Below are positions 9,641 to 19,427 of a stretch of DNA of 64,000 bases, in pieces. Location of the stretch: IMG/VR virus record IMGVR_UViG_3300046779_001735, positions 32,001 to 96,000 of that record, one strand, 5' to 3'. Both the position numbers and the translations under genes were made by a program. The notes under the pieces were generated by a model. The model was not told where the DNA came from. It saw nothing but the letters and a program-made list of their open reading frames with translations, and ran no database searches. The stretch is from a virus. Within the stretch, counting starts at the first letter, position 1; the number at the start of each line of letters is the position of its first letter.

Positions 9641-10810
9641 ATGCCATCTTGGGGACAAGATTTCCTTCAAGGATTCTTTGGTGTTGATTCCTTAAGAGAC
9701 TATAAACACGCCAGCAAAGTATTCCGTACTAACGGATACGAGCTGGCTCCTCGTTTTAAATTCCTTTATCATGTGAGCTTCACTGTAAATGATGTAAACA
9801 TTCCACAGATGTTTGCCGACACCGGTGCCTTCACCAGCACTGATATTAATAATCTTGGTTTGACTGTGAAAAATGTGCAATTGCCACAGTATGAACTTGC
9901 TGTAAACACTCTGAATCAATACAATCGCAAGAGACTGGTTCAAACCAAGATCAACTACCAACCTGTGCAAATAGTTTTTCACGACGATGGCGGTGATCTT
10001 GTGCGCAACATGTGGTACAACTATTTTAGTTACTACTACAAAGATCCAAGCCAGGCCTATAATGGCGGCGCAGGTACATCTGGAACCAATGGCAACGCAA
10101 ATAATATCTCTGCTGGCTTTGACTACAATGGTCGCGACATCTATCAGAACACACGCAATGGCAACGACTGGGGATTCATTGGTGAAAGTTATCAAAATCC
10201 TGCAGCCTATAGTAATGGAACAGATGCCAGCGGCAAGCCTGCGTTTTTTAAAGACATTAGAATCTTTGGATTGAACCAGCACAAGTTTGTAAGCTATGTG
10301 TTAATTAATCCTGTGATCACAGCATGGAATCATGATACATTTGACTACAGTGACTCAGGGACAATGCAGCACACTATGACCATTCAATATGAAACAGTGA
10401 AGTATTACAGCGGTGCTGTTGGGTCAAGGGCTCCAAAAGGTAGCGACAATCCCACTGACAGTGATGTTAATGTCAAGGGCTTTGCTGATCCATCAAGATA
10501 TGACACACAACGTAGTCCCTTGGCACGGCCAGGAAGCACTGCATCAGTGCTTGGACAAGGCGGTTTACTAGACACAGGGTTAGGTATCATCAGTGATCTA
10601 CAGCGTGGAGATACTGCTGGCATCCTTGGTGCTGTGCAAAAAGCAGGCACTTCCTACAATACATTTAAGAAAGCAGACATTGGTGGAATCATCAGAGAAG
10701 AGGCCACTGGTGCAGCCAAGGATGTGATTAGAGCCAGCGCGCCAGGCGCCACTAGAGCAGTGATTAACAAAAGCGACAGTGTGTTCTTTCCTACACCTCC
10801 TAAACGATGA
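9641..10810 (+). CDS. Tail-tube-fold baseplate/tube initiator protein (gp48/gp54-like)
   Basis: VKNVQLP...NQYNRKR..QTKINYQPV.I.FHDD tube-like motif; position after the tube gene. Confidence 0.6.
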   Translation: MPSWGQDFLQGFFGVDSLRDYKHASKVFRTNGYELAPRFKFLYHVSFTVNDVNIPQMFADTGAFTSTDINNLGLTVKNVQLPQYELAVNTLNQYNRKRLVQTKINYQPVQIVFHDDGGDLVRNMWYNYFSYYYKDPSQAYNGGAGTSGTNGNANNISAGFDYNGRDIYQNTRNGNDWGFIGESYQNPAAYSNGTDASGKPAFFKDIRIFGLNQHKFVSYVLINPVITAWNHDTFDYSDSGTMQHTMTIQYETVKYYSGAVGSRAPKGSDNPTDSDVNVKGFADPSRYDTQRSPLARPGSTASVLGQGGLLDTGLGIISDLQRGDTAGILGAVQKAGTSYNTFKKADIGGIIREEATGAAKDVIRASAPGATRAVINKSDSVFFPTPPKR

Positions 10811-11166
10811 CTAGTGTAAATGAAACCAATCTCAAGATTGATCAAACAGTAAGAGTGTTTGATGAATTTTACGGATTTGAACAAAATATTCCTGTGGCAC
10901 AGTATGATGCTGTGTTTTCTTATATGCGTTCGGTATTTGATACTGAGCAAGCTGCTGCAAACTTTACTACCACACTATTCAGAGCCAGCGGCGAATCTGG
11001 TATCAATGTCATGGACTTGCTGCAAGAGATACAACGCTATGGAAAGCCTGAACTGACTTCGGTACTGGCATATTACCTCAACGGTCTACGTAGTTCATCA
11101 ACACTACTAGGAGTACAGGCTAGAGTGTTGCCAAACTACTATGTGGCTAGAAATGTGATACCATGA
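10807..11166 (+). CDS. Hypothetical virion-associated protein
   Basis: 119 aa, ATGA-coupled to both neighbours in the tail operon. Confidence 0.6.
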   Translation: MTSVNETNLKIDQTVRVFDEFYGFEQNIPVAQYDAVFSYMRSVFDTEQAAANFTTTLFRASGESGINVMDLLQEIQRYGKPELTSVLAYYLNGLRSSSTLLGVQARVLPNYYVARNVIP

Positions 11167-11594
11167 GACGTTGGGCACAGGGCGTCTATACAGTAAAAAA
11201 TTCTAACAAGTATGTGGGCAAGAACAATCCAAGATATCGCTCAGGGTGGGAGTTTGCGTTCATGGCCTTTTGTGACAACAACGACAACATCCTGCAATGG
11301 GCCAGTGAAAGCATCAACATACCCTATCTTAATCCCTTGAGTGGTCGCCAAACAATCTACGTACCTGATTTTTTTATAACCTATCGTACTCGTGACAATC
11401 AGGTCAAAGCAGAAGTCATAGAGATAAAGCCCAAGAAACAAAGCGTGATTGAAAGCAAGCAGAGTGCTAGAGACCGTGCGGCTGTAGCGGTGAACTATGC
11501 CAAATGGGACGCTGCTACCAAATGGTGCAGACGTCAGGGACTTACCTTTAGAGTTATCACTGAAGACGACATGTTTCATAACGGTTCCAAATAG
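11163..11594 (+). CDS. Head completion nuclease (T4 gp4-like, TnsA-type PD-(D/E)xK)
   Basis: YRSGWE, WASE, YVPDF, EIKP, NYAKW, FRVITE motifs. Confidence 0.9.
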   Translation: MRRWAQGVYTVKNSNKYVGKNNPRYRSGWEFAFMAFCDNNDNILQWASESINIPYLNPLSGRQTIYVPDFFITYRTRDNQVKAEVIEIKPKKQSVIESKQSARDRAAVAVNYAKWDAATKWCRRQGLTFRVITEDDMFHNGSK

Positions 11595-11626
11595 CCCACA
11601 ACAAGATTTAGGCCGCTAAATATGGC

Positions 11627-12097
11627 ATGAATCGTAAACTTGAATCTTTGTTTGACTTACCTGATCACACTGAGTACGAACACGCTGATATTCCCCCACC
11701 TCCATTGCCCGTTACCACTGAAACACTCGCTGCTATTGACAAGATAGAAGCTGCACTGCCTGCTGTTCGAGGCCTTGAAGCCAGCGACGGTGAAATGGAT
11801 GAAATCGCCAGCAAGGCCATGGAAAGCTACAACAATCTCATGGACCTAGGTATGGCGGTTGAAGCACGATTCGCCAGTGAGATATTTGGTGTGGCCAGCA
11901 ATATGCTGGGACATGCTATCACAGCCAAAACAGCTAAGATGAACAAGAAGCTGAAAATGATTGACCTGCAGATGAAGAAGCTCAAACTAGACCGTGACAG
12001 CGGTGCAGACGTACCAGTAGCACAAGGAGAGCTCATTGATCGCAATGAATTGCTGCGCCAGATTATGGCCAATAATCAAAACCAGCAGAAAGAATAA
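11627..12097 (+). CDS. Probable terminase small subunit (gp16-like)
   Basis: Helical core EARFASEIFGVASNML...MIDLQMKK...DRNELL resembles gp16 of T4-like phages; TAAATA at 11617-11622. Confidence 0.5.
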   Translation: MNRKLESLFDLPDHTEYEHADIPPPPLPVTTETLAAIDKIEAALPAVRGLEASDGEMDEIASKAMESYNNLMDLGMAVEARFASEIFGVASNMLGHAITAKTAKMNKKLKMIDLQMKKLKLDRDSGADVPVAQGELIDRNELLRQIMANNQNQQKE

Positions 12098-12117
12098 ATA
12101 CTGTATAGGATCATGAC

Positions 12118-12714
12118 ATGAAACATTTTAAAGAATATCTAGTAGAAAGCGAAAAAACCTACAATTATCGCATCAAAGTGTGCGGTGAAACACCTCCGGG
12201 CTTTTTTAAAGATCTTAAAGATCGCCTTTCACAATTTGAAGTTGTAAAGATGAGCGATGCAAAAAACACACCTGTGTTACCATTGCCCACAGACTTTCCC
12301 AACTTCAAAAACGAGCGAGTGAGTTTTGTAGATGTGGAGTTTCGTTATCCTGCTGTTGAGCCGCAGATTAAACAGCTGGCACAATTGACAGGACTTGATC
12401 CAAATCGGATTGTGATGCATACTGAGGATTACACTGAAAGTATGGGCCAAGAGTACGAAGAGATTGAAAACAACGAAGATCTATTAACCAAAACTGATTA
12501 CCCAGCACCCAGTCGTGAACAAAAGGCTCTCAGCAAAGATTATGCCGCTGACCCACACGATCATGAGGTGCTGAAAAACTCTTACCGGAGCAAGTTTGCA
12601 GTGGCAGGTGGTAAAACACCTTCAGCTGAAACAACCAATGATTTGCCCATGGGCAACAAGAGTGCAATTACTGGCACCAACAGGCTACCCTCTGTAAAAT
12701 CCAATGCGAGATAA
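12118..12714 (+). CDS. Putative internal head protein with capsid-targeting-like N-terminus
   Basis: Starts MKHFKEYLVE; TAAATA at 12095-12100. Confidence 0.55.
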   Translation: MKHFKEYLVESEKTYNYRIKVCGETPPGFFKDLKDRLSQFEVVKMSDAKNTPVLPLPTDFPNFKNERVSFVDVEFRYPAVEPQIKQLAQLTGLDPNRIVMHTEDYTESMGQEYEEIENNEDLLTKTDYPAPSREQKALSKDYAADPHDHEVLKNSYRSKFAVAGGKTPSAETTNDLPMGNKSAITGTNRLPSVKSNAR

Positions 12715-15040
12715 CACTATGAACGATAACGACAACGCCAACATGTATGAAATTTTTGAACGCCTGAATCGCGTTCAATCACAGACTTCAAAAATTGATG
12801 AAGCTGCTACAACAAAAGCTCGCCTTGATGAAAGTGCATTCCAAGCAGCAATTGGTAAAAAGAAATATGGCGACGAAGGCATGAAAGCCTTGCAAAAAGC
12901 TGGCCGTGATCATGCCAGCGACAAAACCATGAAGAACATTCGCGACAAGTACGACAAGTATGACGAAGCTCAAGTCAATGAACTAAGTCCTGATACTTTA
13001 TCAAGTTATGCTGACAAGGCAAGAGGCCAGCGTAACTGGGCTGCTGGCAGAGCAATGGCAGCGCAGCAAGGCAATCAGTCAGCTGATCCACAAGGTAAGT
13101 TTGACAAACTTTGGGATAAAAGAGCAGCTGGATATAACAAAGCAGTAGCTAAAGGTGCTAGAGATATTGATAAGACTCAAGGACTACAAAGTCGCGGTGG
13201 ACCTGCATCAGGCTGGAACTGGAGCAAAGATGCAGAGCCAGCAGCCTTGAATAGACCAATGGAAGAATCAAAACCTGACTTTCTTGACCTTGACAAAGAC
13301 GGCAATAAAAAAGAGCCTATGAAGTCAGCGGCCAAGGATGCCAAGAAACACAAAAAAGACGTTGAAGAAGGCATGTTTAAAGATGCACCAGCCAAGAGCA
13401 AGGTGCCTGCGTTTCAACGCAAGGCCAAAGGTAGCAACTGGAAAACCAGCATGCAGGATCTTGAACATGAACGCAGTCAAAGTCCTACTGGAAGAGCAGG
13501 ACTTGAAAAAGCCAAACGTCGCCTTGGACAAGTCAGCGAAGGGCTTGATCAAATCATGCGCACCATGGGCCGTGACATAGAACAATTTAAACGCAGCGGT
13601 GAACTCACAGATGAACTTTATTCTGCATTGTATGATTATTACATGGACGAAATGCCCTATGGTGTGGCCAAGGCCCGCACAGGCGATCCCTATGAGTGGA
13701 TCATGAACAAGCTAGAAAGTGAACTAGGTGTTGACGAAGGTAATCTGTTCACAGGCAATCTTGCCAAAGCTCGTGCAGCTGGTGTAAAGAAAGCCGACCT
13801 TGACGGCGACGGCGACATGGAAAAAGTCAACGAGCTTGACATTAACTTGATCAAAGCAGCTCAAAAAGACGCTGCTAAAACTGTAAAACACAGTGATCCA
13901 GAAAGCGATCGTAACATACACAAAAAGTATGGACATCGCAGCGATCGTGATGACACTGGCAATGACGACGATTATGATGAATTTGGCAATGAAAAGAAAA
14001 AGAAATCACAGCCAGCCGCAGGCGACAAGCGTGGCCGTGGACGTCCTAAGAAATATACCGCAGACAAACCACGTCAAGAACGTGTCACAGCCAAGAGTCG
14101 CAAAGCAGACCGCACTGCCTATACCAAAAAGAAAGTAGGCGAAGAAGAGCTAAGTGAAAAGTCTGTGAGCAAAGCACAGCAGCGGTTTATGGGCATGGCA
14201 CATGCTATGCAAAAAGGCGAGAAAGTTCCTGGCGCAAGCAAGGAATTGAAAAAAGTGGCCAAGACCATGGGCAAAGGCGATGTTAAAGATTTTGCTAAGA
14301 CCAAACACAAAGGTCTGCCAGAAAAGAAAAAGAAAACTGACGAAATGACTACAAGTGGTGGTGTAGCTCCTAGCATGGCACCAATGGGAGTGCGTCAGAC
14401 CAAAGAAGAAATGACTGATGTATTACGAGCAGAAAAAGGCGGAGTCAAAGGTGCCACACAGCCTCCAGCAGATAGCCAATTTGCTCCTGGTGATAAAAGA
14501 AACTCCACACCAGCGCCATCAAGCACTTCGGCTCCAAAAGCAGTAAAAGAAACTGACAAGGTACCAACAAACAAGCCTAAAGAAAAAACAGGATCAGGCA
14601 GTATGCAGTTTGGCAAAGGCATCTATGATTCGTTTAATCGCAAGCTTGAAGGCATGATAGCCGAAGGTATGCAAATCAATGCTTCTATGAATACAGATGC
14701 TCAGGGTGGTCCAAGCAAAACCTTAACTATCACAGCCACTGACGAATCAGCAGAACAACTCATGATGTTGCTAAAAATGGCCGGCCTTACGCAAGACTCA
14801 GAAGCGTGCCCGCATTGCGGCCAAAGCCCTTGTGGTTGTGATCATGTAGAAGAAGATTTAGCCAATAGTCCTGACGAAGTCACTGCCAGCAGTGAAGTGG
14901 TTACACAGGGCATGTCCGGCGGTTTAAACAAACCCAAAAGTACAGGACAAACTACAGTTCCTGTGATGAACGTTGATCCCAAGCGTCAAGGCATGCTTGA
15001 GACTATGCAACGACAATTATGGAAAAAGTACCAAGGCTGA
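12704..15040 (+). CDS. Large charged modular protein, putative proteolytically processed internal head protein (AT-hook, DUF3008-like module)
   Basis: 778 aa; KRGRGRPKK; SKAQQRFMGMAH...KDFAKTKHKGLPEK; two DxDxDG loops; repeated [VLIM]-x-E; true start may be 12719. Confidence 0.6.
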   Translation: MRDNTMNDNDNANMYEIFERLNRVQSQTSKIDEAATTKARLDESAFQAAIGKKKYGDEGMKALQKAGRDHASDKTMKNIRDKYDKYDEAQVNELSPDTLSSYADKARGQRNWAAGRAMAAQQGNQSADPQGKFDKLWDKRAAGYNKAVAKGARDIDKTQGLQSRGGPASGWNWSKDAEPAALNRPMEESKPDFLDLDKDGNKKEPMKSAAKDAKKHKKDVEEGMFKDAPAKSKVPAFQRKAKGSNWKTSMQDLEHERSQSPTGRAGLEKAKRRLGQVSEGLDQIMRTMGRDIEQFKRSGELTDELYSALYDYYMDEMPYGVAKARTGDPYEWIMNKLESELGVDEGNLFTGNLAKARAAGVKKADLDGDGDMEKVNELDINLIKAAQKDAAKTVKHSDPESDRNIHKKYGHRSDRDDTGNDDDYDEFGNEKKKKSQPAAGDKRGRGRPKKYTADKPRQERVTAKSRKADRTAYTKKKVGEEELSEKSVSKAQQRFMGMAHAMQKGEKVPGASKELKKVAKTMGKGDVKDFAKTKHKGLPEKKKKTDEMTTSGGVAPSMAPMGVRQTKEEMTDVLRAEKGGVKGATQPPADSQFAPGDKRNSTPAPSSTSAPKAVKETDKVPTNKPKEKTGSGSMQFGKGIYDSFNRKLEGMIAEGMQINASMNTDAQGGPSKTLTITATDESAEQLMMLLKMAGLTQDSEACPHCGQSPCGCDHVEEDLANSPDEVTASSEVVTQGMSGGLNKPKSTGQTTVPVMNVDPKRQGMLETMQRQLWKKYQG

Positions 15041-15042
15041 TC

Positions 15043-16347
15043 ATGAAAACACTGCGTGATTATTTTGAGCAACAAAAACACATACACGATCGTCCGGTAA
15101 CGGGCGATCTGTTCGCGCTGAACATGCGTGAAGAATGTTTGTTAGAAAGTGAAGTTATTGAGCACGACGACGAAAGCATTACGTTGTTGGCTGATAATCA
15201 ACTCATGCAAATGCTTGAAAGTTATGGTGCCTTTGAAGACAAAATGATTGATGTTGATGGAACTGATGTTGATCAGTATGATTATGACACTGAAGAAGAA
15301 GTAGCAGAAGGCAGCGAACAACAAATCAACGACTACGATACCTGGAGTGACAAAGTCTCCGCACAAGGTGGTGAGATACACCCACAAAAGGATAGAGTTC
15401 GTATGGTAGCACAAAGCTGGTCCGGTGACACCATTGGTGAATTTAATTTGCGAACTAATCAAGGTTATATAATTCCCGGCTCTCAAGGTGTAGCGGAAGA
15501 ATCAGATGACAAAGCCGATGCTAAAGAACGCCTGGCACAATTAGAAAAACAATTTGATTCTAGTTACGAATACAGTGACGATCACAGCGTGTGGAAAAAG
15601 CACAACGCTATCAGACAAGAAATGGATAGTTTGAAAAAGATCATTGGACAAGATGTATCTGAAGAAAAACAAAAAGGTGTTGATGGCAAGGCCTGTTGGA
15701 AAGGCTACAAGCGCATGGGCACCAAACAGAAAGGTGGCAAGACTGTAGACAACTGTGTGCCTATGGGCGAAGACATCGAGGTTCAAGAACAGGAAATGTC
15801 TCGTTTACGTGAACTTGCAGGCATGCGTCAGTCTATGTGTAACGAGTGCGGAATGAGCGAAAGTAACTGCGGTTGTGAAGAGCCAGATCCGGCTCAATCA
15901 GGTGAATACGATTTTGAAGGCGACATGGCCAAAGACGATCTCTACAACATTGTCAAGGCCGCACGCAGACTCAACGGCATGCTGGATGATAACGAAAACA
16001 TGCCAGAATGGGTACAAAGCAAAATCAATAAAGCCGAAGACTATCTTGATGTAGCAGCAGACTACATCGAAGCCAACAAGGCCAGAGATCAGGTAGACAT
16101 GGACGAGGCCAAGTACCAAGGACGTGAAGTACAACTCAACAAACCCACAGCTGGTGATGTTGGCAAGTTCAAGGTTTATGTAAAAGACCCCTCAACTGGC
16201 AACGTTAAAAAAGTCAACTTTGGCGACAAAACCATGCGTATTAAAAAATCTAATCCAGCACGTCGCAAAAGTTTTAGAGCTCGACATCGCTGCGAAAACC
16301 CAGGTCCAAAAACCAAGGCACGTTATTGGAGTTGCCGCAAGTGGTAA
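15043..16347 (+). CDS. Modular putative internal head protein
   Basis: ORF 15019-16347, likely start MKTLRDYFE at 15043; modules CWKGYKRMGTK...NCVP, MPEWVQSKI, and C-terminal RKSFRARHRC...ARYWSCRKW. Confidence 0.6.
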   Translation: MKTLRDYFEQQKHIHDRPVTGDLFALNMREECLLESEVIEHDDESITLLADNQLMQMLESYGAFEDKMIDVDGTDVDQYDYDTEEEVAEGSEQQINDYDTWSDKVSAQGGEIHPQKDRVRMVAQSWSGDTIGEFNLRTNQGYIIPGSQGVAEESDDKADAKERLAQLEKQFDSSYEYSDDHSVWKKHNAIRQEMDSLKKIIGQDVSEEKQKGVDGKACWKGYKRMGTKQKGGKTVDNCVPMGEDIEVQEQEMSRLRELAGMRQSMCNECGMSESNCGCEEPDPAQSGEYDFEGDMAKDDLYNIVKAARRLNGMLDDNENMPEWVQSKINKAEDYLDVAADYIEANKARDQVDMDEAKYQGREVQLNKPTAGDVGKFKVYVKDPSTGNVKKVNFGDKTMRIKKSNPARRKSFRARHRCENPGPKTKARYWSCRKW

Positions 16348-16361
16348 ACAAGGAATAAAAT

Positions 16362-16658
16362 ATGGCCAGTCAAGTAAATGTTTATACCGGAGCACAAACC
16401 AATGTCGCCTGGCGCACTGACAAAGTGCAGATCAACACAGGCACAAACGCAGTAACCTTTCAGGTAAATGTAGCCAATGTTGCTAATGCCGGAGTAACCA
16501 GTGACACAATTTATAGCAATGCAGTGGTAGTACCAGCCAACAGTATCATGGAGATGTTTGTGGGAGTAGGCAACTTTATTACTATTGCCGGGGGTAATGC
16601 TTCAATCAGTGAACTAGGAACCGAAAGTTCAGGTAATGCCGCTGTAATGGCCATTTAA
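16362..16658 (+). CDS. Small beta-rich hypothetical structural protein
   Basis: 98 aa, AAGGA RBS, Asn/Val/Ala-rich. Confidence 0.6.
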   Translation: MASQVNVYTGAQTNVAWRTDKVQINTGTNAVTFQVNVANVANAGVTSDTIYSNAVVVPANSIMEMFVGVGNFITIAGGNASISELGTESSGNAAVMAI

Positions 16659-16666
16659 GAGGTTGT

Positions 16667-17038
16667 ATGCGAGCCCGTGAATTTATCCGTGAAGCACAAA
16701 ATGCCAAACTCAGCAAGCGTAAACAATTTCCCACACGCGGTTTGCATATCTTCAGTGATGGTGACAAATGGAACAGCGATTACACACTTAATCGTGTGAT
16801 GATGGCCTTGGCCTCTACAGATGGCACATTTGTTCCTGAACTCAATCCACTTAGCTGGGTAGGCAAACATAAAACTGCACACCCATACACTGAAGAAGAA
16901 CAGCAGATGTTGAAAATGGCTTACAAAGCCGCAGGCGCAGACTGGCATGATCTTAACAAAGGTGATATGGAAAGCCAAGAAATGCCTGACACCGACAAGC
17001 AAAGTCCAATCAAAGCTTTCAAGGGATATCCACGATGA
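16667..17038 (+). CDS. Putative internal head protein, paralog A
   Basis: MRAREFIRE...DKQSPIKAFKGYPR; GAGG RBS. Confidence 0.65.
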   Translation: MRAREFIREAQNAKLSKRKQFPTRGLHIFSDGDKWNSDYTLNRVMMALASTDGTFVPELNPLSWVGKHKTAHPYTEEEQQMLKMAYKAAGADWHDLNKGDMESQEMPDTDKQSPIKAFKGYPR

Positions 17039-17421
17039 GAGCACGTGAATTCATACGTGAGCAACGCGATCTGCCACCAGAAACCAAAGAACCTTTAAAG
17101 AATACATTTGTATTACCAGGACTGAAATCATCTGATCCATACAACAACTATAGATTTGGCGTGGCCATTGCCCGAGCAAGAAGCGATGCTTCACCAGACG
17201 CAGTGAATGAATTTAGACCAGAATGGAGTGCTGAAACTCCTTTTGGTGAAAATGCAGTGATAGTAGGCTTCAATAACAACGTTGATCCCATAATTGATGC
17301 TGCACTTAAAATGACCAAGACACCTGGCGGCAAACGTTTGGTGTCAACCCCCCAAAGCCAAGAACCAGATTTTGTAGACAAACAGAGTCCAGTAAAGGCA
17401 TTCAAAGGATACCCTAGATAA
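17035..17421 (+). CDS. Putative internal head protein, paralog B
   Basis: MRAREFIRE...DKQSPVKAFKGYPR; ATGA-coupled to paralog A. Confidence 0.65.
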   Translation: MRAREFIREQRDLPPETKEPLKNTFVLPGLKSSDPYNNYRFGVAIARARSDASPDAVNEFRPEWSAETPFGENAVIVGFNNNVDPIIDAALKMTKTPGGKRLVSTPQSQEPDFVDKQSPVKAFKGYPR

Positions 17422-18992
17422 TGGCCTTTCCAGAACCCACAGAAGTGTCCCCTTGGTACCTGCGTAATATCACCCAGGCTCTTGAGTTAAACGCAGCCAC
17501 CGGGCAGGTGTTTGTACGTACCAACGCTGCTATTGTTGGCAATGTAAGTGTGGGCAACGTGGCCATTGGCAGTCTAGGCAACGTTGACATATCTGGCAAC
17601 ACACTGCCTATATCTGGCAACATTGTTGTATCCGGCGGAAACATAAATGCAAATGTGTCAGGTAATGTAGGTATCTTAGGCAACGTGAATGTCACACAAG
17701 GAACTGATCCTTGGATAGTATCCGGCAATGTTGGCATAAGTGGTAATGCAAATGTAGTGTTGGCCGATGATGCCAACGTGGTGATTTCTGGGTTCTCTGG
17801 TGCTGTGTCAGATGCTTTTGGTCGTTTGAGAGTGAGCGATCCTTATAGTCTTTTTGAAACTCAGGCACGTTATTTTGATCACAAACAGTTTGCCAACTCC
17901 ATATCCGGCACGGCTAATGTGGTTTATGTTCAAGATCAAAGTTCTTATCAATTAAATGTAGGACAGGTGTCAGGCGACAGTGTGATTAGAGAAACACTTA
18001 AACCGTTTCCTTATCAGCCTGGCAAAAGTCAACTTACACTAAACACTTTTTGCTTTGCAACACCCAAAATTGGCTTGCGTCAACGAGTGGGATTGTTTGA
18101 TGCCAATGATGGCGTGTATTTTGAAACCAGCGGAACCACAAACTATTTTGTCATACGTTCGGGATCTACTGGTGTTGAAGAACGCATCGCTCAGAGTGCA
18201 TGGAATGTGGATAGACTGAATCCCAGTCTGGGTCTCAACCCCAGTGGGTACACATTGTCAGTTGATCGCACACAGATCATGTTTGCTGATGTAGAATGGC
18301 TGGGCGTGGGATCAGTGCGTGTGGGGTTTGTGATTAATGGCGCATACTTAATTTGTCACCAGTTCAATCATGCTAATCAACCAGGCAATACCAAGGTTTA
18401 CATGACCACAGCCACACTGCCCATTCGTTATGAAATAACCAATACAGCCAATACCACCAGTGTGAGTCAACTGACACAGATCTGTAGTACGGTGATATCC
18501 GAAGGTGGTTTTCAATTGGCAGGATCAGGAAACCCTCGTGCAGCATCACATGATATTGCAACGCCGGTAAGATTGCCTAACGATCTAAGTTTCAAGCCAG
18601 TGATTGCCATACGTTTGAAAAGCACTAATTTAAATGCTGTGGTCATACCTATAAATTATTCTCTAGTGCCTACCGCTGGTAGTATCTTCCAGTTCCGTGT
18701 GTATAAAAAAGCCATTACGTCTGGCGGCAGCTGGGTAGATTCGGCGGCTGATAGTTCGGTACAATACAATCTTGCACCTACTGCCTTGGTATCCGGAGAC
18801 ATTGCCGAACAATCATTCATAAACTCAACTAATCAAAGTACTGGAGCACCTACTCAAGAAAGATTCACCTTTGAATATCAGCTGGAGCGGGATCCATTTA
18901 CCGGAGTGCCGTATGAGTATGTGATAACCATGGCTACCACAGGTACCAATCAAGACGTATATGCCAGCGTGGAGTGGCAGGAGATCACCTAA
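17421..18992 (+). CDS. Virion fibre/decoration-like protein with GN[VI] repeats
   Basis: About ten xxGN[VIT] repeats in residues ~38-112, then DAFGRLRVS and a beta-rich domain. Confidence 0.55.
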   Translation: MAFPEPTEVSPWYLRNITQALELNAATGQVFVRTNAAIVGNVSVGNVAIGSLGNVDISGNTLPISGNIVVSGGNINANVSGNVGILGNVNVTQGTDPWIVSGNVGISGNANVVLADDANVVISGFSGAVSDAFGRLRVSDPYSLFETQARYFDHKQFANSISGTANVVYVQDQSSYQLNVGQVSGDSVIRETLKPFPYQPGKSQLTLNTFCFATPKIGLRQRVGLFDANDGVYFETSGTTNYFVIRSGSTGVEERIAQSAWNVDRLNPSLGLNPSGYTLSVDRTQIMFADVEWLGVGSVRVGFVINGAYLICHQFNHANQPGNTKVYMTTATLPIRYEITNTANTTSVSQLTQICSTVISEGGFQLAGSGNPRAASHDIATPVRLPNDLSFKPVIAIRLKSTNLNAVVIPINYSLVPTAGSIFQFRVYKKAITSGGSWVDSAADSSVQYNLAPTALVSGDIAEQSFINSTNQSTGAPTQERFTFEYQLERDPFTGVPYEYVITMATTGTNQDVYASVEWQEIT

Positions 18993-19427
18993 ATGAAAAA
19001 ATTATTTTTAACCCTATTGTTATTGCCTACACTGGCATTTGCACAAAAATCGCCACAAGGTGTTACATATGATGCAACAGTTATTCGTGTGAACGATGGA
19101 GATACAGTGGTCATATCAGCGCCTTTTTTACCTGCACCATTAAAGCCTGAACTGGCAGTTCGTGTATATGGTGTTGATACCCCAGAAAAAGGTCATCGCG
19201 CTCAATGTCCAAGCGAAGATCAACGTGGACAAGCTGCTACTGCGTTTACTAAAAATGCTGTAGCAAAAAGTCTAAAGCGTCAAATAATACTTTACGGTTG
19301 GGATAAGTTTGGTGGTCGTGTGCTGGGTGACATGATCCTAGACGGTCAAAGTCTACGTATGATGCTTATCGCCAATGGTTTTGCACGTGAGTACTATGGC
19401 GAAGCCAAACAATCGTGGTGTCAATGA
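18993..19427 (+). CDS. Thermonuclease (SNase-like) with N-terminal signal peptide
   Basis: MKKLFLTLLLLPTLAFA signal; RVNDGDT, VRVYGVDTPE, DKFGGRVLG. Confidence 0.85.
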   Translation: MKKLFLTLLLLPTLAFAQKSPQGVTYDATVIRVNDGDTVVISAPFLPAPLKPELAVRVYGVDTPEKGHRAQCPSEDQRGQAATAFTKNAVAKSLKRQIILYGWDKFGGRVLGDMILDGQSLRMMLIANGFAREYYGEAKQSWCQ

